Below, piece after piece: positions 38,201-47,970 of a stretch of DNA of 64,000 nt (its first letter is position 1; every line of letters starts with the position of its first letter). The stretch is from Candidatus Enterousia sp. (lineage in GTDB: Bacteria; Pseudomonadota; Alphaproteobacteria; Rs-D84): the NCBI GenBank assembly GCA_045593065.1, contig JAZNVZ010000005.1:37872-101871 (forward strand). The letters are read 5' to 3'. The notes under the pieces are model-generated. The model did not search any database and was not told the DNA's origin. It saw only the letters and a list, made by a program, of their open reading frames with translations. A program made the translations under genes and the position numbers.

Positions 38201-38230
38201 AAAAATACCGGCAAATGCCGGTGTTTTTTT
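38199..38230. terminator. Bidirectional intrinsic terminator
   Basis: AAAAAAAT-ACCGGC-AAAT-GCCGGT-GTTTTTTT; the T-run overlaps the stop of the convergent antiporter gene. Confidence 0.8.
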
Positions 38231-39143
38231 AGAACAACAAATACACATATACGCCATATAAAACCAAGAATAGGGCGCCTGCCCAACGCGATATTTTGCC
38301 ATACAGTCCGCACACCAATACAATCAATGTGGCAAGTGCCATTATCCAAAAACTCTGCCACATGTCTGGGACATCTGTGGTTTTAACCAATCCCATAACA
38401 CCGACAATCAAAAACACATTGGATATATTACTGCCGATAACATTACCATATGCGATTGCACCATGTTTATGCAATGCAGACACCACAGATACCGTGATTT
38501 CTGGCAAAGATGTACCAATCGCAACCAATGTTAATCCCATTATATATTTTGAAACCCCCAATAAATTCGCAATGCTGGTTGCAGAATCAACCAGTAAATT
38601 CGCACCATACACAATCGATATAATCCCTAAAATTGATAACATCCCCAGAAATAAAACAGAATGTTCTTGTTTTTTGGTTAAATGTAAATTTTTTGGTTCT
38701 GGCTCTTTATCATAACAAATCACAAAATACCCAGATATAAACAGTAATAAAAACAAACCAATAATTGAATCCAGATGCCCAAACAACATTATTATTCCCA
38801 ACATTAATACCGACATAATCAAAAACAATCCATCGCGCCGAAACCCGTTATGATTTATCTTGATTGGCGATATCAATGCAGATAACCCTAAAATTAATAA
38901 CACATTTGAAATATTAGAACCGATTATATTACCGAATGCCATATCCGGGGCAGGGGGATTGGTCAACAACGCACTGACTGATGCAGATAATTCTGGCAAA
39001 GATGTCCCCACACCCATTAACACAATACCAACTATCAGCGGTGATAAATGCAATTTATGTGCCAATTTAACGCCATAACGAACTAAAAACTCGCCCCCAA
39101 AGACCAAAAAAAACAATCCAAATATAAAAGTCAACCAAATCAT
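38229..39143 (-). CDS. CaCA-family cation/Ca2+ antiporter (YrbG-like)
   Basis: Two alpha-repeats: GNIIGSNISNVLLILG and GNVIGSNISNVFLIVG. Confidence 0.9.
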   Translation of the reverse strand: MIWLTFIFGLFFLVFGGEFLVRYGVKLAHKLHLSPLIVGIVLMGVGTSLPELSASVSALLTNPPAPDMAFGNIIGSNISNVLLILGLSALISPIKINHNGFRRDGLFLIMSVLMLGIIMLFGHLDSIIGLFLLLFISGYFVICYDKEPEPKNLHLTKKQEHSVLFLGMLSILGIISIVYGANLLVDSATSIANLLGVSKYIMGLTLVAIGTSLPEITVSVVSALHKHGAIAYGNVIGSNISNVFLIVGVMGLVKTTDVPDMWQSFWIMALATLIVLVCGLYGKISRWAGALFLVLYGVYVYLLF

Positions 39144-39194
39144 ATAAAAAACACCGTTTATTTCGCGTTATTTTGCCCGTACAAGATGATTTTA

Positions 39195-40412
39195 TTATTC
39201 ATAGCGTAAACTGTCAATAGGGTTTAATTTTGCTGCCTTGATGGCCGGAAAAACGCCTGATGCCAATCCAACAACAATCGCGACAGTAACCGACACCACC
39301 ACTGGCCAAATACTGAGTGGTACATTATACCCCAATGCAAATCGCCCAACACCTTGGGCCAGACCTTCGCCCAAAACCAACCCCGTCATAGAACCAATAA
39401 ATGAAATCAAAACAGATTCCGATAAAAATTGAATAATTATGTTTTGTTCACGCGCACCAATGGCCTTGCGCACACCGATTTCACGCGTGCGTTCCGCAAC
39501 AGACACCAACATCATGTTCATAATCCCGATTGAACCAACCAATAACGATACCGCCGCAATAGCCACCAGCAATAATTTTATATAACCTGTAACCGTGTTC
39601 ATTGTTTCCATAACCTGTTTCATATCAGTTATTTGAAAATCATCTTCGTCTGCATCTTTTAATTTATGACGCGAACGCAAAATTGCCGTTAATTGTTCAG
39701 TTGCAATATTGTTATCTGCGTCTTGATATAATTTTAATACTATTGCCTGGACAGCATTTGGAAAACGACTGCCGGACAAACGCTTTTTTAATGTAGTAAT
39801 AGGAATAATTACCATATCGTCTGGACTGCCCAAACCAGAATCTCCTTTGGCCTTGGTCACACCAATAATAACGAATGGGGTATTTTGGATTCTTATGATT
39901 TCACCCACAGGATTGGTGGGCATACCCAATTCACTGGCCGTATCAGGTCCAATTACCGCGTATGTCGCGGCATTTTTTACCGCATCCATATTGATAAAAG
40001 AACCATATTCAACATCTATATTTTGTACTGTTTGATAATCTGGATATACACCAATCATTGATGTCGACCAGTTTTTATTACCGTATACAACCTGGGCACC
40101 AGCATTTTGCATAGGGCTGACAGCGGCGACATCTGGCATTTTTGCAATATATTCCGCATCATCTGTTGTTAATGTTTGGCGATTTCCCATACGCACACCA
40201 CCAATACGCGCGGCACCTGCACGAATAACGATTGTGTTGGTCCCCAATGAAGAAAATTGGTCTGTAATAGATTGCTGAACTGTTTCGCCAACCGCAACCA
40301 TGATTACCACCGCCATAACACCAATAATAATCCCCAATACGGTCAAAAAAGAACGCAATTTATTACCACTGATTGACAGCCAAGATTCTTTCATTATATC
40401 GTTAAATGTCAT
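39195..40412 (-). CDS. ABC efflux permease, MacB/FtsX family
   Basis: N-terminal TM, large periplasmic MacB-type domain, C-terminal FtsX 3-TM bundle. Confidence 0.9.
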   Translation of the reverse strand: MTFNDIMKESWLSISGNKLRSFLTVLGIIIGVMAVVIMVAVGETVQQSITDQFSSLGTNTIVIRAGAARIGGVRMGNRQTLTTDDAEYIAKMPDVAAVSPMQNAGAQVVYGNKNWSTSMIGVYPDYQTVQNIDVEYGSFINMDAVKNAATYAVIGPDTASELGMPTNPVGEIIRIQNTPFVIIGVTKAKGDSGLGSPDDMVIIPITTLKKRLSGSRFPNAVQAIVLKLYQDADNNIATEQLTAILRSRHKLKDADEDDFQITDMKQVMETMNTVTGYIKLLLVAIAAVSLLVGSIGIMNMMLVSVAERTREIGVRKAIGAREQNIIIQFLSESVLISFIGSMTGLVLGEGLAQGVGRFALGYNVPLSIWPVVVSVTVAIVVGLASGVFPAIKAAKLNPIDSLRYE

Positions 40413-41155
40413 TTCGAATCCTTTTTAGATTTTGGCATTAAATCAGATTCTTTGTTTGGTATTTTTCCATCATATGTTATGCGACCATCATAAATATGAA
40501 TCAATCGTTTGGAATATTTTGCGATATCAAATTCATGGGTAATCATCACGATTGTTATGCCCATGTCTTTGTTTAATTTATTAAAAAATTGCAGAATCTC
40601 GTTTCCCATTTTGGAATCCAGCGCACCTGTGGGTTCATCTGCCAAAATCAGTTTTGGATTGCCCGCCAATGCACGCGCAATCGCAACGCGTTGTTTCATA
40701 CCCCCAGATAATTGTGTCGGCAGATATGTTTCAAATTTTTCCAACCCAACTAATTTTAACATTTCGCGCGCACGCCGTATGCGTTCTGCCATCGGCAACC
40801 CGCGATACATCAGCGGCAACATAACATTATCCAATATATTGCGTTTAGATAATAAATTAAAATTTTGAAAAACGAATCCAATGTATTCATTGCGAATCGT
40901 TGCCAGTTCGTCTGGGGTCATTGTTGATATATCACGCCCATACAGTTTATACACCCCAGATGTGGCACTGTCTAATGCACCAACAATATTCATACATGTT
41001 GATTTACCAGACCCAGATGGCCCCATTATTGATACAAATTCGCCAGATTTAACATTAAATGTTATATCAAATAACACCTGTTGAACACCACCGATTTCCA
41101 ATGGAAAACTTTTACAAATTTTATTCAAAGATATAATATCTGGTTGTGTTGCCAT
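40409..41155 (-). CDS. ABC transporter ATP-binding protein (MacB/LolD-type)
   Basis: GPSGSGKST Walker A, LSGGMKQRVAIARAL signature, LILADEPTGALD Walker B. Confidence 0.93.
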   Translation of the reverse strand: MATQPDIISLNKICKSFPLEIGGVQQVLFDITFNVKSGEFVSIMGPSGSGKSTCMNIVGALDSATSGVYKLYGRDISTMTPDELATIRNEYIGFVFQNFNLLSKRNILDNVMLPLMYRGLPMAERIRRAREMLKLVGLEKFETYLPTQLSGGMKQRVAIARALAGNPKLILADEPTGALDSKMGNEILQFFNKLNKDMGITIVMITHEFDIAKYSKRLIHIYDGRITYDGKIPNKESDLMPKSKKDSK

Positions 41156-41171
41156 GTTGTGTTATATCAGT

Positions 41172-42356
41172 TTATCTGGGGCCGCCACCCATTGGACTGC
41201 CACGCATTGTCGATTTCTTTAATGATGATGCCTGGCCAACGCGGCCAACGATAATTTTATCACCACTTTGTATTTTGTTGGAAATAATTTCTGTTTCTGT
41301 GGCTGTTACTAATCCTTTTTTAAATGGAATAATTACAACCTTTTTATCCCGCAATAACGCCAAATAATCTTTGGTAGACATATCTTTGGCCTCGGGCGCA
41401 ATGTTTTCAAAAGACCGCAACAAAAACGCAGAATTTTGTGCATACCACACATCTTCGGCGCGATTTACAACAATCGTAACAAATGCCGTCATCCCAGGCA
41501 TCAAACGCAAATCTTCATTATCAACATCAATTACCACGGTGTACACAACAACATTAGATGTTGTTGTTGGCGACAAACGAATTTGACGAACAACGCCACT
41601 GAAATTATCCCCAGGATACGCATCCACCGTAAATGTTACATGTTGACCTTGTTGAATCATACCAATATCTGCCTCGGAAACTGCGGTTTCGATTTGCATT
41701 TTTGTTAAATCTTCGGCAATTTCAAACAAATCAGGGGTTTGAAAAGATGCCGCCACAGTTTGCCCTTTATCAACCTTGCGCGAAATAACTGTGCCATTAA
41801 CCGGTGATGTAATTGTTGCGTATCCCAAATTTGTTACGGCCTTGTCATATTGTGATTGCGCACGAACCACGGCGGCCTGGGCCTGTTCATATTGTGTTTG
41901 TGATTGTTCCATTTCCGAACGCGCAATAAAACCATCGTTATACAGTGATGTATTTCTGTCGAATTGACTTTTGGCATAATTGCGTTGCGACACCGCAGAA
42001 TCTAACGATGCCTTGGCCTCGTCTACCGATGATTGCAATACAGACGGTTCAATTTTCAACAATATATCGCCTTGTTTTACCTTGGAATTAAAATCAACGA
42101 AAATATTTTCGATTGTGCCAGATACCTGGGACCCAACACTGACCGTGTTCACAGGACTGATTTCACCAGTTGCACTGACCACCTGTTCCAGATTACCGCG
42201 TTTTATATCAACCGTTACAAATTGACCGTTTTTCCCAGTTTTTTTATCTGTTCCGCCAAATATAAAAAAAACGCCAACCGCCACAATTATTATTATCAAA
42301 GACCACCATTTATGACGCAATGGCCATGCCAATATGTGTTTTATTTTGCCCCACAT
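41172..42356 (-). CDS. HlyD/MacA-family periplasmic adaptor
   Basis: N-terminal TM, barrel-sandwich plus coiled-coil hairpin (QYEQAQAAVVRAQSQYDKA). Confidence 0.9.
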   Translation of the reverse strand: MWGKIKHILAWPLRHKWWSLIIIIVAVGVFFIFGGTDKKTGKNGQFVTVDIKRGNLEQVVSATGEISPVNTVSVGSQVSGTIENIFVDFNSKVKQGDILLKIEPSVLQSSVDEAKASLDSAVSQRNYAKSQFDRNTSLYNDGFIARSEMEQSQTQYEQAQAAVVRAQSQYDKAVTNLGYATITSPVNGTVISRKVDKGQTVAASFQTPDLFEIAEDLTKMQIETAVSEADIGMIQQGQHVTFTVDAYPGDNFSGVVRQIRLSPTTTSNVVVYTVVIDVDNEDLRLMPGMTAFVTIVVNRAEDVWYAQNSAFLLRSFENIAPEAKDMSTKDYLALLRDKKVVIIPFKKGLVTATETEIISNKIQSGDKIIVGRVGQASSLKKSTMRGSPMGGGPR

Positions 42357-43669
42357 CAGTTCTCTCCGTCTAATTTTGATTGTATATCACCAATAGCCAA
42401 TGCCACCGCTGCGCGTTTGACATACAAATCGTATTTGGCAGCATTGTTTTGATTGCGCGCATCAATCAAATCACTTTGTGCCTGTTGCCAATCCAACATT
42501 GTACTGCGCCCGACCTTGTACATTCCAGATGTAACGCGTTCGTTTTCTGTCGCAGATTTTAACAATGTGTTCGTTTGTTCCAGTACAGTTTTTGCAGTTT
42601 TATAATTTTGATATGCCGTAAATACATCCATCATTGCGTTGTTATTTATCGCACGTTCTGTTTCAACCGCATTATCATAATTTGCCACCGCCGCACGCGC
42701 ATTGTACATATTCGCGAACCCAGCAAATATCGGCATAGAAATAGATACCCCAACCGAACCACCGGCGCGCCCATGCACATGTTCCAACAAACCACCCACA
42801 GAATTTGCGTGCATATCCAGTGTTCCTGTTGCAGAAATCGATGGCAAGTTTTTCAAAAACGCACTGTTGCGGCGATGCCACGCAGCATCTTTGTTTGCTG
42901 TTGCCTTTAATAAATCAGGCCGCTTTTTTTGCGCAATTTTAATTAATTTATCAATATCTTCACTTTCGGCATCACTGCCAAATGTAGCAGGCATATCAGC
43001 GATTGTGATTTCTTGGTCCGCAGGAAAAGACAATTTTGTCAGTAATGTTCCCTTGGCAATTTCACGATTGTTTTTTGCGCGTTCTAATTTTAATTCTGCG
43101 GACGCATAAGTTGTTTCGGCCTTGTACACATCGGCCTTGGCCACGGCACCGGCCTTGAATTTTTTGTCAGCCGTTTCTTTGGCTGTTTTGGCCACAGTTA
43201 ACGCCATTTTTGCCGCATCAACATTCGCGTCAGCATTTAACAATTCGTAATATGCCCCAATGACCGAATAAATATAATTTTGAATTGTTTCATCATAATC
43301 AAACCCCGCCGCACGATATGTCGCCAAAGATGTCGCAAAATCCGAAGAACGCCGCCCAAAATCAAAAATCAAATACGATGCTGATAATGAACCACTGTAT
43401 GACCAATCATCATGAACACGATGTAAACGCGACCCAGATGTATGTAAATCTAGTTTTGGCAGATAATTTGCATATGCGGCATTTTTTGTAAAATGTGACG
43501 AACGATAAGAAGCATACGCCGCGGCTGTTTGCGGATTTCGACACAACCCAAAATCAACGACCTGTTGCAATGTTAATGTTGTATTCGGGACATTGCGCAT
43601 TGTAGCACAGTCATCTTGGGCAAAAACAGTGCACGGAATCGCCGCAAAAACCAACCAAAATTTTTTCAT
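42356..43669 (-). CDS. TolC-family outer-membrane channel
   Basis: Signal MKKFWLVFAAIPCTVFA|QDD, two OEP repeats. ATG 43669 preferred over the 43717 extension. Confidence 0.88.
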   Translation of the reverse strand: MKKFWLVFAAIPCTVFAQDDCATMRNVPNTTLTLQQVVDFGLCRNPQTAAAYASYRSSHFTKNAAYANYLPKLDLHTSGSRLHRVHDDWSYSGSLSASYLIFDFGRRSSDFATSLATYRAAGFDYDETIQNYIYSVIGAYYELLNADANVDAAKMALTVAKTAKETADKKFKAGAVAKADVYKAETTYASAELKLERAKNNREIAKGTLLTKLSFPADQEITIADMPATFGSDAESEDIDKLIKIAQKKRPDLLKATANKDAAWHRRNSAFLKNLPSISATGTLDMHANSVGGLLEHVHGRAGGSVGVSISMPIFAGFANMYNARAAVANYDNAVETERAINNNAMMDVFTAYQNYKTAKTVLEQTNTLLKSATENERVTSGMYKVGRSTMLDWQQAQSDLIDARNQNNAAKYDLYVKRAAVALAIGDIQSKLDGEN

Positions 43670-43768
43670 TCTATTCTCTCTACATTGAAAAAATATATCA
43701 TAGTACAGCATATCCAATCAACAAAAAAATACGGATGAGACCAAAGGTTATTTTCCAAAAATTTTATG

Positions 43769-43797
43769 TTGCAATGGCCTGTTTTTTTGTCTAAGAT
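43769..43797 (+). promoter_or_regulatory. Candidate promoter for tRNA-Cys/recF
   Basis: TTGCAA (43769-43774), 17 nt spacer, TAAGAT (43792-43797). Confidence 0.4.
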
Positions 43798-43812
43798 GCA
43801 ATCACGCGAGAT

Positions 43813-43886
43813 GGCCAGGTGGCAGAGTGGTTATGCAGAGGACTGCAAATCCTTGTATGCCGGTTCGATTCCGACCCTGGCCTCCA
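43813..43886 (+). tRNA. tRNA-Cys (GCA)
   Basis: Acceptor GGCCAGG/CCTGGCC, anticodon loop CTGCAAA, T-loop TTCGATT, encoded CCA. One C-A mismatch in the T stem. Confidence 0.9.
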
Positions 43887-43898
43887 CACAATTCCACA

Positions 43899-44972
43899 AT
43901 GATTGAAACATTAACCTTAACCGATTTTCGTAATCATACAATTTCCCGCATTGAAACGCACGGTGCCAAGAACATTATCATTATCGGTGAAAACGGCGCT
44001 GGAAAAACCGCAATTTTAGAGGCCATATCAATGCTGTCTGGGGACCGTGGTATGCGTGGCGCAGACATGACAGACATCGCGCGTTTTTCAGGAAATGGCG
44101 GGTTTTCTGTGTTTGGCACCACATTTGATGATGATGATATTTGCGTATATTTCAACGCAGGCGACAACAACAGGCATGCAAAAATAAATAACGAATTGGC
44201 AACATTGGGCGATTTGGGCAAAATGATGAATATTGTTTGGATTTCCCCAAAAGAAGACAGATTATTTGTGGATTCTGCCGCCGACAGACGCACATTTTTT
44301 GACCATTTGGCCAGTAATTTTGATTCTAATCACAGTGGACGCAGTGCAAAATTTTCTAAAATTTTAACCGAACGCGCATTTGCATTAAAAAACGGCGCAG
44401 ATAAAATATGGCTGAACGCATTAGACGACCAATTAGCGGCAGTGGCGGTGGCGGTGGCAGCATCCCGTGTTCAATATGCAGGTAATGTGAATTATTTCCT
44501 AAAACATTTCAGCGTATCTGTGGACGGAATGTTGGAAAAAAAGATTATCAATGGCATGCCCGCAGCGGCAGTCGAACGCGAATATCGTGATTATTTATTA
44601 CAAAATCGCGAATTGGTTGCAGATAAAATGATACTGGATGGGCCACATAAATCTGATTTCAGTATGTTTAACAATGAATTAAATTTACCTGTAAAATTAA
44701 CCAGCACAGGGCAACAAAAATCTGCATTATTTAATTTGATTTTGGCACATGCAAATTTATTGCATACCAAAACGAAACATGACTGTATCGTATTACTGGA
44801 CGAGGCCGCCGCCCATCTGGACGCATCTGCGCGCACGAAAATTTTCAGCGCGCTGAACGAAATGCATGTCCAAATTTGGGCAACAGGATTAGATAAAAAT
44901 TCATTTCAAGATGTTCCAAATGCAATAATTGTCGCTTGCCAAGACGGCAAAATTAGTAATATAATTTATTAA
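43899..44972 (+). CDS. recF: DNA replication and repair protein RecF
   Basis: LTLTDFRNH.., GENGAGKTAILEAISMLS Walker A, LLDEAAAHLD. The ORF-track start (43827) lies inside the tRNA. Confidence 0.92.
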   Translation: MIETLTLTDFRNHTISRIETHGAKNIIIIGENGAGKTAILEAISMLSGDRGMRGADMTDIARFSGNGGFSVFGTTFDDDDICVYFNAGDNNRHAKINNELATLGDLGKMMNIVWISPKEDRLFVDSAADRRTFFDHLASNFDSNHSGRSAKFSKILTERAFALKNGADKIWLNALDDQLAAVAVAVAASRVQYAGNVNYFLKHFSVSVDGMLEKKIINGMPAAAVEREYRDYLLQNRELVADKMILDGPHKSDFSMFNNELNLPVKLTSTGQQKSALFNLILAHANLLHTKTKHDCIVLLDEAAAHLDASARTKIFSALNEMHVQIWATGLDKNSFQDVPNAIIVACQDGKISNIIY

Positions 44973-44988
44973 CCAAGAGAATATAAAA

Positions 44989-45456
44989 ATGGATAAAATA
45001 AATTATCAACTGTTATTAGATAACGCATTAAAATCTGTGGTCAAAGATGCACTGATTCACGCCCAGATTAATGGTTTGGGGGATGGTGCACATTTTTTTA
45101 TCACATTTAAAACGCGCGATGCGGGTGTTGTGTTGCCTGATTTTTTGCGCATGCGCTATCCAGACATTATGACGATTGTGTTGCAATATTCATACACGAA
45201 TTTACATGTATCCGATAAAGAATTCGGCGTTCAATTAACATTTGATGGACGGCCATTTTTTATTCGTGTGCCATTTTCTGCGTTGGTTGAATTCAAAGAC
45301 CCATCGGTTGATTTTATTTTAACATTTCATCCAAAAAATGCACCAGATGCGGCAGACAACGACATGGAATTACCGTTGGATGAAAATAAAAACACTGTCC
45401 CAGACGATAAACGCGTTGTATCATTGGATGAATTTAGAAAACGCAAAAACAGTTAA
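44989..45456 (+). CDS. sspB: SspB-like ClpXP adaptor (alphaproteobacterial type)
   Basis: HFFITFKTRDAGVVLPDFLRMRYPDIMTIVLQY..FGVQLTF..VPFSALVEFKDPSV pattern, then an unstructured acidic tail. Confidence 0.6.
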   Translation: MDKINYQLLLDNALKSVVKDALIHAQINGLGDGAHFFITFKTRDAGVVLPDFLRMRYPDIMTIVLQYSYTNLHVSDKEFGVQLTFDGRPFFIRVPFSALVEFKDPSVDFILTFHPKNAPDAADNDMELPLDENKNTVPDDKRVVSLDEFRKRKNS

Positions 45457-45494
45457 CCCCCAAAAAAAATTTTATGAAATTTTGCAAGATTCGA

Positions 45495-45527
45495 TAAAAA
45501 AACACCGGCAAATGCCGGTATTTTTTT
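45495..45527. terminator. Bidirectional intrinsic terminator (sspB / infB)
   Basis: AAAAAAAC-ACCGGC-AAAT-GCCGGT-ATTTTTTT. Confidence 0.8.
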
Positions 45528-45548
45528 GATTTATGTCGGTTAACCTGA

Positions 45549-47945
45549 TTATAATTCGGCGCGAACCTCGGTAACCTCGTAGCACTCAACGCGGTCGCCT
45601 TCTTTCAGGTCGTTATATTTATCGAAACTCATACCGAATTCGACACCGTTCGACACTTCTTTGACCTCGTTCTTTTCACGGCGCAATTCACCAATTTTAC
45701 CATCGTAAATCACGACATTGTTTCGCAACAGTCGCACGAACGCATCTTTTTTGATTGTGCCTTCGGTCATACGACAACCAGCAACGCGTGTGCCTTTGCC
45801 AACCGTAAACAATGCGATAACATCGGCATAACCAATAAATGTTTCGCGGCGAACAGGTGCCAATTTGCCAGACAATATTTCTTTGATTTCGTCTGTGATA
45901 CGATACACGACACTGTGATAACGAATATCGACACCACCTGCGCGCGCCATGTCGCGGACAACACTGTCTGCGCGGACATTAAACGCAATAATAACCGCCC
46001 CAGATGCCGTAGCCAAACGGATATCACCTTCGGTAATTTGACCAACCCCAGACGATAAAATATCAACCGCAACTTTGTCTGTGTTAATACCGCGCAACAT
46101 ATCGGTAATGGCCTCGACAGAACCTTGGACATCTGCGCGTAAAATAACTGGCAATGTTAATTTTTTAGATTCATCGCGTGCCGCAAATAAATCTTGCAAA
46201 GATGACCGTTTAACCGCGTTTGCTTTGTCTTTGGCTTGCTGGACACGATATGCGGCAACCTCGCGCGTTTGGCTTTCTGTTTCCATAACGCGTAATTCAT
46301 CACCCGCAGATGGCACAGAATCCAATCCTAAAACCATAACGGGTTGTCCGGGCTTTACAGATTTTACCCGTTCGCCGAACGAATTTATTAATCCACGAAC
46401 ACGACCGAATGTTTCACCGACAACAAAAACATCGCCAATTTTTAATGTACCTTGGCGGATTATCATTGTTGCCACCGCGCCCAGGCCGCGTTCCATTTTG
46501 GCCTCTACCACATTGGCCACAGCAGGCATTGTGGCATCAGCACGCAAATCCATCATGGCCGCCTGTAATAAAATTGCTTCTTCTAATTTATCCAGATTAA
46601 TTTTCTTTTTAGCAGAAATTTCAACACATTGAATATCGCCACCCATGGATTCAACCTGGACTTCTTGTTGCAACAAATCGATTTTTACTTTTTCTGGATT
46701 GGCCTCGGGCAGGTCGCATTTATTAATAGCGACAATAAATGGAACATTGGCCGCACGAATATGATTAATTGCCTCAATCGTTTGGGGCATGATTGAATCG
46801 TTTGCCGCAACCACCAACACCACGATATCTGCCATTTGGGCGCCACGCGCACGCATCGCGGTAAATGTTTCGTGGCCAGGGGTATCCAAAAATGTAATCA
46901 TTTGCCCAGATGACGATTTAACCTCGTACGAAGAAATATGTTGGGTAATTCCGCCGGCCTCGCCTGCGACAACATTGGCATTACGAAACGCATCCAACAG
47001 TGATGTTTTACCATGGTCAACATGTCCCACAACCGTTACGATTGGCGCACGCGGTGTTAAATTTTCTGGGTTTGGTTTGCGTTCTAATTGTTCTGCATAC
47101 GGTTTTACAACAACGCGTTTAACGGTGGCACCGAATTCCCCGGCAATTAATTCTGCGGTATCTGCATCAATAGATTGATTAATTGACACCATCATACCCA
47201 TTTCCATCAATTTTTTAACGACATTACCAACCTTTTCTGCCATTGCATTTGCCAAATCTTTGACAACAATGGTTTCGCCCAGGTTCACAACGCGTTCAAC
47301 CTTTTGTGGGGCAGAAAACACTGCGCGTGCTTTTTCACGGAATCTTTTTAACGATGCTTCGGACCGGCGGCGATTTGCACCGCGCAATTCGATTCCATCT
47401 TCGTCATCATCGTCCCCACCGATAATGATATCATTAATAGAAATCTTGCCGCTTTTTTTGAAATCTTTTTTGAAAGATTTGTTATTTTTGCGTCCAGTTT
47501 CTTCATCATCGTTATTGCGATTAGGTTTTTGATAATTTGAAAATTGTTGTTTTTTTGTTCCGCGTTCTGGCGTGGCAACTGCGACATTAACAGATTCTGT
47601 ATCCGCATCAGTGGCGACATCAACATCGCGTGCATTTAATTGGTTTTTTACTTGTTCGTACTCGGCTGCCTCGCGTGCGATTTCTGCCTCGCGCGCGGCA
47701 AGGGCCTGGGCCTCGGCGGCTTGACGCTTTTTCTGTTCTTCTTCGCGGGCACGGGCGGCCTCTAAAACGGCGCGTAATTTTTCATCTGCGGCACTGTGCT
47801 GTACAACAGGTTTTACCGGTTCATCGCGTAATTCATGGCTGCCTGGGGCAACGATACGGCGGCGGCGTTCAACGAACACCGCATCGCCTTTCTTGCTGTG
47901 CACCGCATCTAATGTTACAGATTTTCCAAGTGTTAATGTTGCCAT
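45549..47945 (-). CDS. infB: Translation initiation factor IF-2
   Basis: [25 protein letters not shown]-motifs; Ala/Glu/Lys-rich N-terminus. Confidence 0.97.
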   Translation of the reverse strand: MATLTLGKSVTLDAVHSKKGDAVFVERRRRIVAPGSHELRDEPVKPVVQHSAADEKLRAVLEAARAREEEQKKRQAAEAQALAAREAEIAREAAEYEQVKNQLNARDVDVATDADTESVNVAVATPERGTKKQQFSNYQKPNRNNDDEETGRKNNKSFKKDFKKSGKISINDIIIGGDDDDEDGIELRGANRRRSEASLKRFREKARAVFSAPQKVERVVNLGETIVVKDLANAMAEKVGNVVKKLMEMGMMVSINQSIDADTAELIAGEFGATVKRVVVKPYAEQLERKPNPENLTPRAPIVTVVGHVDHGKTSLLDAFRNANVVAGEAGGITQHISSYEVKSSSGQMITFLDTPGHETFTAMRARGAQMADIVVLVVAANDSIMPQTIEAINHIRAANVPFIVAINKCDLPEANPEKVKIDLLQQEVQVESMGGDIQCVEISAKKKINLDKLEEAILLQAAMMDLRADATMPAVANVVEAKMERGLGAVATMIIRQGTLKIGDVFVVGETFGRVRGLINSFGERVKSVKPGQPVMVLGLDSVPSAGDELRVMETESQTREVAAYRVQQAKDKANAVKRSSLQDLFAARDESKKLTLPVILRADVQGSVEAITDMLRGINTDKVAVDILSSGVGQITEGDIRLATASGAVIIAFNVRADSVVRDMARAGGVDIRYHSVVYRITDEIKEILSGKLAPVRRETFIGYADVIALFTVGKGTRVAGCRMTEGTIKKDAFVRLLRNNVVIYDGKIGELRREKNEVKEVSNGVEFGMSFDKYNDLKEGDRVECYEVTEVRAEL

Positions 47946-47970
47946 TAATTTTGTTCCTTATTATTGTAAA

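Noticed and set aside
43827-43898. GTG-initiated extension of recF
   Set aside because: The extension lies entirely inside tRNA-Cys (43813-43886). RecF homology begins at the ATG at 43899.
47640-47760. GC-rich reiterated GCCTCG/GCGGC stretch that looks like a tandem repeat
   Set aside because: It is the coding sequence for the Ala/Glu/Arg-rich low-complexity N-terminal region of IF-2 (..[20 protein letters not shown]..), not an independent repeat array. The similar stretch at about 6090-6140 is handled as part of the hypothetical ORF there.
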